From: the human T2T-CHM13v2.0 reference genome, Homo sapiens
NCBI RefSeq assembly: GCF_009914755.1
Contig: NC_060933.1
Strand: one strand, 5' to 3'
DNA: 64,000 nucleotides
This document shows, one piece after another, positions 19,516 to 35,543 of the stretch. The translations under genes and the position numbers were made by a program. The notes under the pieces are model-generated. The model ran no database searches and had not been told where the DNA came from. It was given only the letters and a program-made list of their open reading frames with translations. Numbering within the stretch: position 1 is the stretch's first letter; each line of letters opens with the position of its first letter.

Positions 19516-20267
19516 TACTTTTGTTCTTTTTCAAAATATTTTAAGTATTCTGGGTCCTTTGCACTCCACATAAATTTTAGAATTAGTTTGTCTATTGAAT
19601 CTGTAAATCAACTTGGTCAGTATTGTCATCTTAACAGTATTAAGTATTCTGATCATAAGCATGGATGTCTTTCCATTTACTTAGCTCTTCCTTAATTTCT
19701 TTCAGCAATATTTTGTAATTTCCCAGAGTGTAATTTTTGCATGTTTCATTAAATTCATTCCTAAAAATTCATTTTGAACAAATAATTTTCTATTGCAAAT
19801 GAAACAGTTTTCTTAATTTCATTTACAGGTTGTCCATTGGTACAACATAGAAATAAGTGATATTTGTAATTAACTTATAAATTCAATTATTAATTGATCC
19901 TCAACCTTGCTGAACTCATTTATAGTTCCAATAGGTTTTTAGTGAATTCATTAGGATTTTCTATATACAACATGTTATCTGAAAATATTGTTATTTTACT
20001 TCTTTCCAATCTCGATGCCGTCTGTTCTGTTTACTTGACTAACTTTCCTAGATGGAACTTCCAGCATAATGTTTAAAGGAAGTAGCAAGAGTAAACACCC
20101 TTATCTCATTCCTGAGCTTAGAGGGAAAACATTTAGTCTTTCTTCATTAGGTATCATGTAACCCTATTAGGTACTATCATGTAGTCTTACAGTGTAAACT
20201 ATGTGTTTTTTGTAGATCCCCCTTATTAGCTAATGAAGTTCCCTTTTATTCCAAATTGTTGAGTGGG

Positions 20268-20273
20268 GTGTGT

Positions 20274-20307
<34 letters not shown>
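20268..20307. repeat. (TG)n microsatellite
   Basis: Seen directly. Confidence 0.95.
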
Positions 20308-20312
<5 letters not shown>

Positions 20313-21178
20313 GAAGGGGTATTGGATTTTATCAAATGCTTTTTCTGCATCTATTGAGATTATAATATGGTTTTTCTCCTTTATTGGTATGAGGCATTAT
20401 ATAATTTGATTTTCATGTTAAACCAACCTTGTATTCCTGAGATAAATCCCTCCTGGTCATGATGTATAATCATTTTTCTATATTGCTTCACTCAGTTTCT
20501 AGTATTTTGTTTGCAAGTTTTGTGTCTATACTTGTAAGAGAAATTTCTCTGTAGCTTGTTTAGTTTTTTCATCTATGTCTTTGTCCAATTTTGGTACTAG
20601 GGTAATACTGGTCTCATAGAACAAGTTAGGAAGTACTCCCTCTTCTATTTTTCTGAAGAGTGTGTAAATAATTGATATTCTTTTGATACAGGCATAACTA
20701 TTATGTACCCATAATTTAAAATTAAAAAATTAAAAATTTTAAAAAGAACTGGCATTCTTTAAAAATGTTTGGTAGAATTCACCATCTGGGCCTGGACTTT
20801 TTGTTGCAGGTAGCTTTTTGAGTACTAGCTCAATTTCTTTACTTGCTGCAAGTCTATCCATACTTTCTATTTCTTCTGAGTCAGATTTAATTTTTTGATT
20901 TGTAGCTTCCTGGGAATGTGTCAATTTCATCTAAGTTATCTAATTTGTTGCCATACAGTTGCTCATAGTATTCCTTTATATTTTGGTTTATTTTTTAAGA
21001 TTAGCAAATAGCAATATCTCTTTCATTCCTGTTTTAGTAATTCAGGGGGTTTTGCTTTTGGTCAGTCTACCTACAGATTTGCTGATCAACAACTTTGTTG
21101 ATCTTTTCAAAGAACCAACTTTCAGTTTCTTCTTTTTTTTTTTCTTTCCTATTCTCAATTTCATAATTTCTGCTCTGA

Positions 21179-21555
<377 letters not shown>

Positions 21556-22435
21556 TTTTATTACTATTATTATTATTACTCATACTCTAGTAAGATGGCT
21601 TTTTTTCAGTTATAAATTCCCCTCTAAGCACTGCTTTAGCTGCACTTCATAAGTTTTGGAATTTTGTGTCATTTTCATTCATCTCAAAGTATTTTCTAAT
21701 TTCTTTGGTGATTTCCTCTTTGTTCCCCTGGTTATTCAGAAGTGTGTACTTAATTTCCACGTTTATAAATTTCTCAGTTTCATTCACTTATTAATTTCTA
21801 TTTTCAATTCATTGTGATTATAGAGTATATTTTCTACGGTTTCAATACTTTCACATTTTGATAGGAATTGCATTGAATCTGTAGATCAACTTGGGAGTTG
21901 TGGCTGGTTTTACGGCCCATGGACTGTTAATCCCTGCCCCAAGACACGTGATAACTATATGTCAATGTAAGTTCATCAATTGCAACAAACACACCACTGT
22001 GGTACAGGATGTTGATAGTGGGCGAGGTTGTGCATGTGTGAGGAAAGGGAGTATATGGAAATAAACCTCCCTTTTTGAAAGAAATATTCTAAAGGTGTTT
22101 TTCATACTTTTCTTCTTCCCTTACATTTTTTATTTCTGGAGAATAGTTCTCAACAATGTAAACCTTCATTTCAAAACTCTATTTCTAAAATTCCTGAAAT
22201 GGCCAGAATAATTCAATGTCAAATTAGAAAGATCATATCAGCAAAGAATAAGCTAGAATCCAATACCTAGGAATCCAAATGAGAGAAAGCAGAAGTTACA
22301 AGTGCAAATAAATATACCATATTCCACACTCCATATTTGAAGAACTAACTTTTAAAAACCTGAACTCTCTCATTTTTTGACCAGAGGCAAAATTACCTAC
22401 CCATATTCTCCTCTTCACTTAAAACTCAAATGTAT

Positions 22436-23790
<1,355 letters not shown>

Positions 23791-23819
23791 GCTTTTTAAA
23801 AACAACAAATATTCTCAAA

Positions 23820-25130
23820 CTCTATGTCCAGTATGGTGGAGTAACTTCCCAGAAGACTGCCTTGCATATAGAAACTATAAACACCGCATTCAAAACAAAA
23901 CAAAACAAAAAAAACCCAAACAATTTTCTTAAGGCTCTAGAGTCGGAGTCGGGTAGATTTCGGCGGAGAGCCAAAACATGGAAGGGGCCGGCAGGGGGTG
24001 AGTTTTGGGGCTTTGTGGCTTTGTCCTTAGGGTAAAGCACAGTCAGCGTGGCACAGAACGGTGGAAGCTCCCACTGAAAATCACCCTCTCTCCAGCCTGA
24101 GGCAGGCAGAGCCCACTACAAAGTAAGGGGAAAATCCTGGATATAAAACAGCAGAGAAGAAGAACCCAAGTTTCTGTGTGTAACTCTGCCCAAGTCTGTG
24201 ACTAATCTCTGAATCACTTACGTTCACGGCAGACTGCAAAAAGCTCAGCCAAAAAAAAAAAAAAAAAAAAAAAAAAGAGCTGAACTGAGATCTGAGCCAC
24301 CTACCAAAGGGGAGATAGTTGGCAGTTTGAGTTTAACCATGTTCACTGCCTGCTCAAATTGAAAAGCAGCTCTTTGGAGGAACAGTCCAGAGTCTCCACG
24401 ACATAACATGCACAATGTCTAAGAATGTTGGGTTACAGTCCCAAAATACCGGATATACAAAGAACCAGGAAATGATGTTGGAGGCCTGGGGGAGGCAATC
24501 AAAAAAGACCAAAGCCAAGATGATCCAGATGTGTAAGTATCAAATAAGAACTCAAAAGCAACTATAATTATGCTTCATGACGTTTTTTAAAATGTGAGAA
24601 AGATTAGAAATTGAAAATTTTAAAAAGAACAAATGGAAACCTTAGAATGGAAAATTAAAATATCTGAAATAAAGACTCACTAGATGGGCTTTAATATCAG
24701 AATAGACATGGTAGAGTCAATAAATTTAAAGCGAATTTTTAAAAAATGACTAAGACCTGTGGAACAATATCAAAAGATCTAACATATGTTTAACTAGAGT
24801 TCTAGAAAGAGAGGAGAGAGGATGGCACAGGGAAAAAAACATGTGGGTAAATGGCCAAAACAAAACAAAATTCACAATTCAGTAAAATTCACACATTTAG
24901 AAATTCAAAAATCGAAGCAAAACTTGAGGATAAATATGAAGAAAAGCACACCTAGGTACATCATAGTCAAAGTGCTGAAATCCAAAAATAGGAAAAATCA
25001 TGAAAGCAGACAGAAAAAAACTACACACCACATCTAGAGAGCAACAATTTGCTCTGAGAACCTCAGAAATCATACTGGAAACCCTGAAGGCCAAGAAACA
25101 CTGGGGCATCTTTACAGTGCTAAAATAAAA
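23820..25130 (+). mobile_element. Old L1M 5' region/ORF1 remnant
   Basis: Peptide RINMKKSTPRYIIVKVLKSK resembles L1 ORF1p. Confidence 0.6.
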
Positions 25131-25469
25131 TAAATACTCAAAAATACTGATGTTCAGAAAAGATATTGTATTTGAAGACTGTTCTGGAATCAAAAGTAGC
25201 GTAAAAGAATTATACATCTAACCACTAATACCCAACATTGGTCTTAAGAGTACTCTTTTCAAGAATACCCAAACAAACACAGATGTTCCTATTACCTGTT
25301 TTCTCACTGTCCTTTATCTTTTTCATAAAGGTTTTTTCAATACTACTTGAATGTAAAAGAAATGTATCATTTTTAAAGGTAAACACTTAAAACTTTGAGA
25401 AACTATCGTTTGAAAGGCTGTTTCCAACTTTTGTAGCATTATGGTTCACTTAAAAAAAAAGTTACTCTA

Positions 25470-25773
<304 letters not shown>

Positions 25774-25898
25774 TTACTGTAGTAAGCTAATTTGGAACCT
25801 GCTTGAAAGGAAAAAGAAAAGCATACCAGGAGGGAACGGCATAGGCTTGTTGGCTGCTCCAGAGAATAAGCAAGGTAACTCACTTTCACAGTCTAAAT

Positions 25899-26072
25899 AT
25901 TAAGATACATGGCTATGAATGTAAAATGTCAGAGGTACAGGCATATCCTATACTGTAAACTGCCAAGCAAATACTTAGCCATCTTCCACAGTCTAAACAT
26001 TTGCTTGGCAGTTTACAGTATAGGATGTGCCTGTACCTCTGACATTTTACATTCATAGCCATGTATCTTAAT
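25899..26072. repeat. 74-bp inverted repeat with a 26-nt loop
   Basis: 25899-25972 is the reverse complement of 25999-26072 with one mismatch. Confidence 0.97.
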
Positions 26073-27867
26073 CTTGGTCAAAAGAACTGTCTGTTGTTTT
26101 TGTATGTTCCTTAGGGGTTACTTTTATGAGAAAATCAAATGTTTCCATGATACCTTTCCTCCAAGCATCTGACAGCAGTTGTTCAGGGAGTCTTCCTTTT
26201 GTTTCTGCTTTGTCTTGCAGCTCCTAAACACTTAAGCCAGCAATTTCTACTTACCGGAGTTAGCTCAGAATATGGCAGGCAGTTGGGTTTTTAATTGTTT
26301 TTTAAGTATAACTAGTCAATGCCTTGGCAGTTGAGCTATTTTCCTGGAGAATTAATAAAAATTAATGCACTACTTCAAAAGAACAGATCATGCAGCTTTT
26401 ATTTGCCATTTAATATCTTCTTGGGCATGGATGGGATTTTCCTTTCAAATATCTATCAGACACTTAGCTAGCTGGGACATACTGCAGACGATTCTGTGAA
26501 AGTCACATATAAAATACAAAATTCTGTTACATATACATCCATTTAACAATAGTTTGTACATTACAATAAGGCCAATGTCAAAGTAACTCCCTGGACTTAA
26601 CAAGCAGCATGAATATATTGTGGCAGCAGCAGGTAGAAATGCCCCATGAAGGGCAGACAGTGTGCGCGCAGTGCAGTTGCTACCAGAGCGAAGACCAACA
26701 AGGGCACATCTTTTTTCTTTTCTGTCTTGTTAGTAAGTACGCAGTAAAAGATGGAAGGGGGAAGCAATGGGAATGCGGTGGCAGTTTTGCTGTGCAGGTA
26801 GACTGTATTACAGGGAGGCACATGGAATTATAAATTCAACACAAACTTCATTAAGGAAACAGCTGCTCTTTATCACCAAAAAGACAATTATATACTACTT
26901 TGATGATTCTGATTTCCAACTTGCCACACTCTGGGTATCTCCTTTTCACATATCAGTACATTTAAGACGATACATCTTGTGAACTAATTCCAGGAATAAG
27001 GAATTCAGTAGTAGACCCTACCAATCAGTTGCTTGTATGACAGGTAACACTATTTCTAGGGAGAAAAGAATCAAAATCTGTTTGGGGGAGCTCTGGAAAA
27101 CAAAGGCCGATGATATAAACTTGCGTGAGTCCTTCTGCCATTTGTTCACCAGCGAACATTCCACAATTACAAGCTCTGTTATTAACCCTTTTAAATAAAT
27201 ATAGGTACACATGCACACCAAAGATAAGGGGCATTGTGAGACAATAATTTAGCATTACTAGCTGTGTGAATGATTAGGCTGGTCAAGATGAAGGCATTAA
27301 GTGTACAAATTAGAAATGTGCTTAGAAAGCTAATGTACAGGAATTCAATAGCACGAAGCACAAAGGTTCGAGTGCCTCAGCACCATTCTTAGCACCAAGG
27401 GAAATTCCCAATATTAAAAAACAAAAAGCTTAAAAAGCGTAACATTTGACAAGGTGTTAACATTTGATATAGACTAAGAGCGTAATTCTTGCCTTTATAA
27501 TCCTACTTTCTGAAAACATCCAACCTGCATTGTATTCTTGCCAAGGAAGAATATCCCAGGTACCATAAATGAAAGTCAGGGAGTACTTGGTGGAGGGGGA
27601 AATACTGATATGAAAAACACCAAGTCCTAAAAGACGCCATAAGCTTTCTAAAAAACATCCGAAGTTGATTTTTCCCCAAGCAATAGCCATTCTCAAATGA
27701 AAATCCGAGATAGATTCCTTAAAATTCATGATGCTACTAAAACTGACGTTCAGTATCAGCAAAGAGGATGTTTTTGTAATAAACACTTAAATTTTTATTT
27801 GTAAACTCCCTTTTCAATCAGAAACAAATCCCCAGCATATTCAGCCAAGTCTAGGTGCTATCTACGG

Positions 27868-28125
27868 CAGTGTTGTTTAAACTGTAAGTAGCAACCCCGT
27901 TGTGAGTCAGGAAATGAATTTAGAGAGTCTGAAGAGCATTAAATCAGGGGGCCGGGAGCAGACACTAAAGGGTATCACACAGTTATGTATTATTTCATGA
28001 AATGTTTTAAAGATTTTGTATTTAGGCATGCACATATATACACACACAAACACACATGTTCTGGGTCGTGATGTAAAAAGTTATTTTTATTATGACTTGC
28101 AGTCAAAAAAGTTTGAAATACATTG
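27868..28125. mobile_element. Degraded hAT/Charlie-type DNA transposon remnant
   Basis: Imperfect terminal inverted repeats cagtgttgtttaaact ... agtttgaaatacattg. Confidence 0.5.
28086..28091 (-). terminator. ECPAS: Candidate distal ECPAS poly(A) signal AATAAA
   Basis: tttatt on + strand, ~1.3 kb past the stop codon; usage not shown by sequence. Confidence 0.45.
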
Positions 28126-29275
28126 GTCAATAGAGACCACCAAAAATAATAAACATGGAGTTTCCACGAAAAATAATAAACATGGAGATTCCTGGTGTTA
28201 ACGTCAATAAGGATGAGTACTGAATGTAAACCAGTCTTCTGCTCTGGAATCCAAGGTAAGCTACAGAGTTCTCAGTTTACCATCAACACTAAGGTTTTAC
28301 TTGTTTTTCCTCTTACCCTACACTTTCAGGCAGGGGCATGGGCAACAGAAGGAAGGAGGAAAACCCCTAGTGGCAATGATTTACTTGGAGTGGTATCATG
28401 TTCTTTTGAGAAAAGGCATTTTTTAAAAGAGTAATTCCCAGGTGGCTAATTAAAAGGCTTTCCTTCTCCCCTATAAAGTCATACTGGTAGCATAAAAGTG
28501 AACAGAAATTTGTCATTACAGTTTTGACATTATAAATGGTCTAAACCACGGCAGTCTGCGATTTTGTTTCTGGTTTTGCAAAATATGCAGCCACAGACAC
28601 AGATAGAATGTGTGATCTTGTCCTAATCTACTTTATCCACCTGTAAAAGGAAGACGATTGGAATTATCCGAAGGAGACTGACTCTGTCCTCTCCATCTGT
28701 AAAGATGCTAAACAATCATTTTCTCCAAATCAACCACCTAAACACATGACAAGACAATGTTTAGCTTCTGGCTTTCAGAAACCCAATGGTAAGGGTCAGT
28801 TTAGTTCTGGCACAAAGACTGCTGTGTGCCACCCTAAACGTACCTCATCTTGGAAGTTTCTTGGGTAAGCCGGGGTTAGCACTGATTTGGCAGATGGCCA
28901 TAAAAGAAAGTATCCAGGGCCAGACATTAAACACCTGGGTTCTGACTTTGGCACAGGCCTCAGAAAGCCTCTGAGATGACACAGCTTCCTATTTCTTCAG
29001 GTGTAAGAGGGAGGTTAAAATAAGTTATTTATAGGGCCCCTTCCTGAAATAACTAATTTGAATGCAGTTCTAAGATTTTTATCCAGCTTGCTCTGCAACT
29101 CTGTCTATTAATTCCTTTAATAACAGCTTGAACTCTTTTAGTAACTATTTCTGCCAGTTTCCTTTACAACCACCCCTCAAACATCCAAGGTTCCATTAAG
29201 CTCACTCAGCCCAGATACTTTAAAAACATAAAGTAAAATAAAGCTAATAAGGAACAAAATTTAAGGCTTTTTCTT

Positions 29276-29281
29276 TTTATT
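29276..29281 (-). terminator. ECPAS: Candidate proximal ECPAS poly(A) signal AATAAA
   Basis: ~125 nt past the stop; followed on the minus strand by a strong U/GU-rich tract (ttttgttccttattagctttattttacttt). Confidence 0.6.
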
Positions 29282-29403
29282 TCAGCCAAGGAATGATGCA
29301 TGCTACAGATTAATCTTTACTTTTTCCCACTTGGTTTTTCAAAGAACACCACCACTTCAACCCCCAATGAACATGGCACTTGTTTGTTTCTTCCCCTTCT
29401 AAT

Positions 29404-29543
29404 TTATTCCAGATTTTCAAGTGTTTTCTTCAGTAACGCTGCTTTCTCCTGCAGTTCAGGTCTGCTGTCTGGCTCCATAGTAGCTAAAGACTCAATTAGG
29501 AGCACTCTGCATTCAGATGTCAAACATTCCCACTGTTTAGATT
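29404..29543 (-). CDS. ECPAS: ECPAS last coding exon ([16 protein letters not shown]...KKTLENLE*)
   Basis: AG acceptor at 29544-29545 after a long pyrimidine tract; TAA at 29404-29406; 140 nt, phase fits. Confidence 0.93.
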
Positions 29544-30961
29544 CTGCATGAAAAAAAAAAAACAAAAACAAAAAAAACAAAAAACAAAGCAAAAAGAAAA
29601 AACCCCAAAGAATCCTTATAGAACAAGCAAGAAAAAAATTTAAAAATATCCTATCCCCCAAATAAATGCAAAGCAACCTCTTGATAACAGATCAGTATAT
29701 AATTATCATTACATACTGTCAATATGTGTCTCAAAACCTAATTCTTGACAGTAGCGTAGAGGCACATCAGGGAGTTTCCTCTCCTTGCCCCAGTATCAGT
29801 GGGAGTAAGAGAAATAATTACACTGAAGCATAGTAGGAAGAAGGAATTATCAGGGCAAGGCACACTGCAGCAAAAAAGTCATTTCAACAACACCATCGCA
29901 AGACCATTTCATAAGATACGGTCAGTTAAAAAAAAAAAACTTCTAAGAAATGTCATAATTGCAAGGTCAGATAAATAGATGACACTCCCTTTTCTTCGAG
30001 GAAAGCATCTGAGAACTACATGCACATTGAAATTTTTAGAAAATAAGAAAGTATATCAAATCTTAAATCTTGTTTACAAGGTTCTGTCACTTCCTAGCAA
30101 TGTGGCTTCAGGCAAGTTTAGCTTGCCTTCAGCCTTATTTTCCTCATCTGGACTATATTAGTACATATCTGGCAAACTGAGAATTCGGTAATACGACTAA
30201 GTGCCTAGCTCTTTTATCTCAACAAGGAAAAAAGGGATTAGGAGATGTTTAGCGTTACTCAGTCTAAAAGTTCTGTTTGATGGAGCCCTAAGAGAGGTGT
30301 TTTAATTGCTAAGCAAAGATAGAGAAGTAGAAAGAGCAAATACACAAGGTTGCAGGAAAAACGTTTCCATCTTCTACATTCTTAATCCGTGAAAACAATT
30401 TGAGAGAGAGAGAGAAAAAAGAAGAGGGTCCTCCTTCTGAAGTCAGTAACAGATACACCACTGGAGAAAATGCTAACAGTTCCCCCCCACCCCACCCACT
30501 GATAGACCATTAGAAGAAAAAGAGGTTAGGGGAGAAGAAATAGGATTAAGAAAATTGCTACTGTCAGATTTGATGACTCAGGTAGATAACTGTTAAAAAT
30601 GTTTTTCCAACTCCACTTTTCAGTGTGTCGTTCTGCTTATTTACATGTACACATGCCACTGTCAACCAATTCCTGTAATTAACCAAGATTAAATCAGGAT
30701 TCACGATGAAAACAAAAACTTTATTACTTTAAGACAACTATAGCTTAATAATATATTAAAAATATATAAAAGTGTATCAAATTTAAATATTTAGTAAAAT
30801 TTAATAGTTTTGGCTTTGTCCATTCTTCTTGCATGTGCATACATACTGATTTGTATTTCAGAGTATATGCTTAAGAGTATAAGCAAAAACGAAACAAAAA
30901 ATTTCTAAAACATATGCCACATGGCTTTGTGGTCCCCCAGTCAGAACTAACAACAACTTAC

Positions 30962-31033
30962 CTTCAAGTTTTTTAAGCAGCAATTCTATCACAGATAAAG
31001 CTTCTGTTCTCACAGATGAGTAGGTCTTATTTT
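30962..31033 (-). CDS. ECPAS: ECPAS coding exon ([23 protein letters not shown])
   Basis: AG/GT ends; 72 nt; phases match both neighbours. Confidence 0.92.
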
Positions 31034-32403
31034 CTAAAAAGAAATATCATACAGTTCATATGGCCTGCCTGAAAAACACAACCTCCAAGATTAAATTTGT
31101 GTTGCTGAAAGAAAGATGTCCAGAAATTACAACTCTAGGGAAGGGTATATCTGATTTTTTTTTTTTAAAGGAAGCTTCCCTTTGCTAAGTATCAAATACT
31201 TGAAATGTGTGCCAATGTCCACAGTCTTTACTTTGGAAAAACAAAAACCTGTCAGCCAAGTATACCAATCACCACAACAAATGGCAATATTTAAATGATC
31301 CATTTTAGAAGTGGGAGATGAAAAAACTATCTCAAACACAAAATCATCTTCGTATCACGGATAAGAACGATCCTTAGGTCTACATGACCCTCCTCATTTT
31401 ACCAAAGAACATTATATGACCCAGTGTTTAAGCCGATCAGGGACACCTGGAACTCAGCAAAGAGAGGTCTGTTGGCTGCCTGTTCTTTATCCATAAAAGG
31501 ATGCTGCTGCCAACAACTGCGAATGAAACATGCTTCCTTGGCATCCACTCTTTGACACGGCGTCTGGTTCATGGTGAAATTGTCTACCAAAAAAATCAAC
31601 ACACAACCAAGCCCAAAGCAGGGTAGGCATGAGATGGGCCTTATCATCTTGTTATGCTACAAAGTACAAAAGTGCTACAAAGAGTGACGGTGACCTGTCA
31701 AAAGGACACAGGAGGCAGCTTGAAAGGGCTTCCACTGGCCAAATCTGGGACAACTGGAATAACGAATTAGATTTAAAAAATTAAATTATAAACCATTTGA
31801 AGGGGGAAAGATTCCATGAATCAATGCCAGTAACAGATAAATAAAAACATGGGCAGAAGAGAAGAATCTTGCTTACAACAGAATTCCAACTATCAAATGG
31901 TGAATGTGGACAAAGTGCTAGAGTTGCAAAATCATCTTAGTAAAAATTGGTTCAGGGAAGAATCATCAATGCATGCTAAATATAGAGAAGAAATTTTAAA
32001 GAAGAGAAACAAATTACTTGAATGATCTTAAGATCTGTTCCCACAGGCTACTTATTAGACACAAAAAGAAAACATAGTAACTATCCAGTAGAGAAAAACT
32101 GATAGTACCTTGACCAGGTAATCAAAATTAACATCACAAATGATGACAGATGGACACTGTGTGCCTCTTAATGTGAGGACACATCACTTATGTATGTATC
32201 CCAACTGGGAATTCACAACCTGGATATAATCATGAGAAAACATCAAACACCAAATGAGAAACATTCTGTTTTTTCAAAAAGGGAAGTCGGGGGGACTTTA
32301 TTCTTCAAAATTGTCAATGTCCTAAGACAAAGAAAGGCTGACGAAGTATTCCAGATTGAAGGAGACTAAAAATATATGACAATAAAATTCAATAAATAAT
32401 CCT

Positions 32404-33074
<671 letters not shown>

Positions 33075-33618
33075 TTACCGAATCAACTGAACAAACTAGA
33101 ATATGAACGATAAACATTTGATTTAAAAAACTGCATCCATGTTTACTACCTAAAGTTGACAACTGTACCGTGGCACACTAAATAATTGAGGAACAAGGGG
33201 GCCTGAAGTAAGCAACATACTTTCAAATGGTTCAGGAGAAAAACATGTATATAGAAGTCCAAATGACAAAGCAAATGGCACAAAATGTTAACAAATGATT
33301 CTGCATAAAGTGTATACATATTGCAGAGTATTACATGTACTGTCGTTGCAACCATTCTGTAAGTTTGAAATTACTTTCAAGTAACAATTTTGTAAAAATA
33401 CTTGTCACGAAGGTTTTTCTAAACTAGATGCTAAAATCCTGTTATAGTTCCAGATTTAAATATTCCAGTTAAGGGGTACACATGGAGTATAATAAGTAGC
33501 AGAGTCCAGTAGCTATTTCAGAAATTTAGTTCCTAAGACAAAGTAGGAAATATTTGAAGCTCAGCTCCTTAGCTTTAAAATTAGGACTCCCTCATCAGTT
33601 TTAGTTTACTACACTCAC

Positions 33619-33707
33619 CTAAAGAATATGTGATTGATTTACAAGTTTCAAGCAGAATTTCAGCCAAAGCCTCAGGATCGGCATGTTCTTCTTCCAAAAG
33701 CATTAAC
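33619..33707 (-). CDS. ECPAS: ECPAS coding exon ([29 protein letters not shown])
   Basis: AG/GT ends; 89 nt; phases fit. Confidence 0.92.
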
Positions 33708-33901
33708 CTATACAAATCAGAAAGCAAGGTACAAATGCCAATTATTAAGAAACAGTCTAAAACTTTCCTGTCACAATTTCTATCTGTATGTATCACTGTC
33801 ACTTTAGCTACCAGTTTTTAAATGTATAAAAATTCCATTGATTATACATAAAATGCTGCGGGGAGGAACAAAATAAAAAACTGAGCCATGAAGCAATTTA
33901 C

Positions 33902-34007
33902 CCCTGAAAAAAGGCATTCATTGATTGCAGGACTCCTAGCTGCACTTTCCACGTGCTGAGTTTTAGCCGTTCACACATCAGTTTGCACAGCTCCTGACGA
34001 TAACAAC
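33902..34007 (-). CDS. ECPAS: ECPAS coding exon ([34 protein letters not shown])
   Basis: AG/GT ends; 106 nt; phases fit. Confidence 0.92.
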
Positions 34008-35140
34008 CTGGGAAAAAAAGACAAGGTGGGACAGAGCAGGAGACAGTATAAAAGAACAAGAGATGGAATAAATGAGGGACAGGCAGAGAGAGCAAGAGAA
34101 AGGAAGAGGGAAAGAGAAAGAGAGAAGGTGGGGAGGATAAGAGAGAGAAAAGCAGGAAAAAGAGAAATAAAACAATAAATACTTTTAATTAAAGCCATTG
34201 AAATTTCCCCAAAAACTTCAGCATGACTTTGTACTCAATCCCCAAACAAATTTCCTTGATCAGAAACTGCCCCCACAAAGGTGCAATATAATTGTTCACA
34301 AATATTCACTTTCAAGGCATATGGTTCTCCATGGAACTGAGAAAGCACTTTAACCACACTCCCTTTGCCCCTCAAAACTCCCTGAATGACAGCCACAGAA
34401 AGAACTCTGGAGGCCAGAAGCTCCTCTCTAGATGCTCACAAGCTTCTGCAAATTGCAGGTTTACCAAGAGTCAACAGTGCTTTATTATAAACCTGTTATG
34501 CCAACTGCAACTGTAATTATAACTATATAATTAATATTATGCCAACTGATGAATCAGCAGAAAACTCAACAACGAAGTTATTTTTAATTACTGTAGGATT
34601 TAGTAGGGCTCAAACAAATGTAAAAATGGGGGGAGGCAATAAAAAATCTAGAATTCTGCACTAGGATTGTCTCATAAGAGCTTGAAATTTCTTTCTCTGT
34701 TTTAAAGAAACAAAACCCAGAAATTGTAGATATATATGAGAAGCCAATGTGTAACAGTTAAGTTCCTAAAGAAAAGGCCTTGGTTCTCAATAAATGCACA
34801 TTTCTATTAACAACCTTCTATGTCTTATATTAAAATAAACTGCTTTATGTTTGTATCATCTTTCTCATATAATTCCCTACTTTAGCTTTCTCTACCTATC
34901 AAGGAAAAGTTAATACTCTTTATGGCATCATATTAGTGGACTTCCATGGCAGTCTATAACATAATATTAAGAAATAAAACCACCTGCAAATTTGTATCTT
35001 CTGGGAAACCCTTCCTATAAACATAGCAAATATATAAGTTCACACAAAGGATGACAGGGCTCAAAGAGAACCTTAACTGATTCTAGACATATCCAATCAC
35101 AAATAATCAACAGTACTTTTTATAACATTCAATAATATTG

Positions 35141-35439
35141 TCGCTGGGCATGGAGGCTCATACCTATAATCCCAGCACTTTGAGAGGGAGGCCAAAGTGG
35201 GAGGATCACTTGAGCCCAGGAGTTTGAGACCAACCTGGGCAACATAGCAAGACCTCACCTCTTCAAAAAAAATTTGCTGGGTGTCGTGGCATGCACTTGT
35301 AGACCCAAATACTTGGGAGGCTGAGGCAGGAAGATCACTTGAGCCCAGGAGGTAAAGGCTGCAAGAACTGCACCACTGCACTCCAGCCTGGGCAACAAAG
35401 CAAGACCCTGTCTCAAAAAAAAAACAAACAAAAAAAAAA
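35141..35439 (+). mobile_element. AluJ
   Basis: Alu dimer with J-type diagnostics and A tail. Confidence 0.85.
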
Positions 35440-35508
35440 CGAATACTAAGATCTTCAGCAGGATGCACTGTAGGACCCAACACAAGGGCAAGCTTAAAGG
35501 GTAGCATC

Positions 35509-35543
35509 ATCACTTCTTGGCCTTTTGGCTAAGATCAAGTGTA
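35509..35543 (+). pseudogene. 3'-truncated U2 snRNA retrocopy (nt 1-35)
   Basis: atcacttcttggccttttggctaagatcaagtgta equals the U2 5' end with two CpG transitions; flanked by direct repeats taaagggtag(c/t)atc. Confidence 0.92.

Noticed and set aside
26597-27786. Short ORFs in the repeat-poor region past ECPAS
   Set aside because: No recognisable domain, splice structure or coding bias; overlapping ORFs on both strands look random
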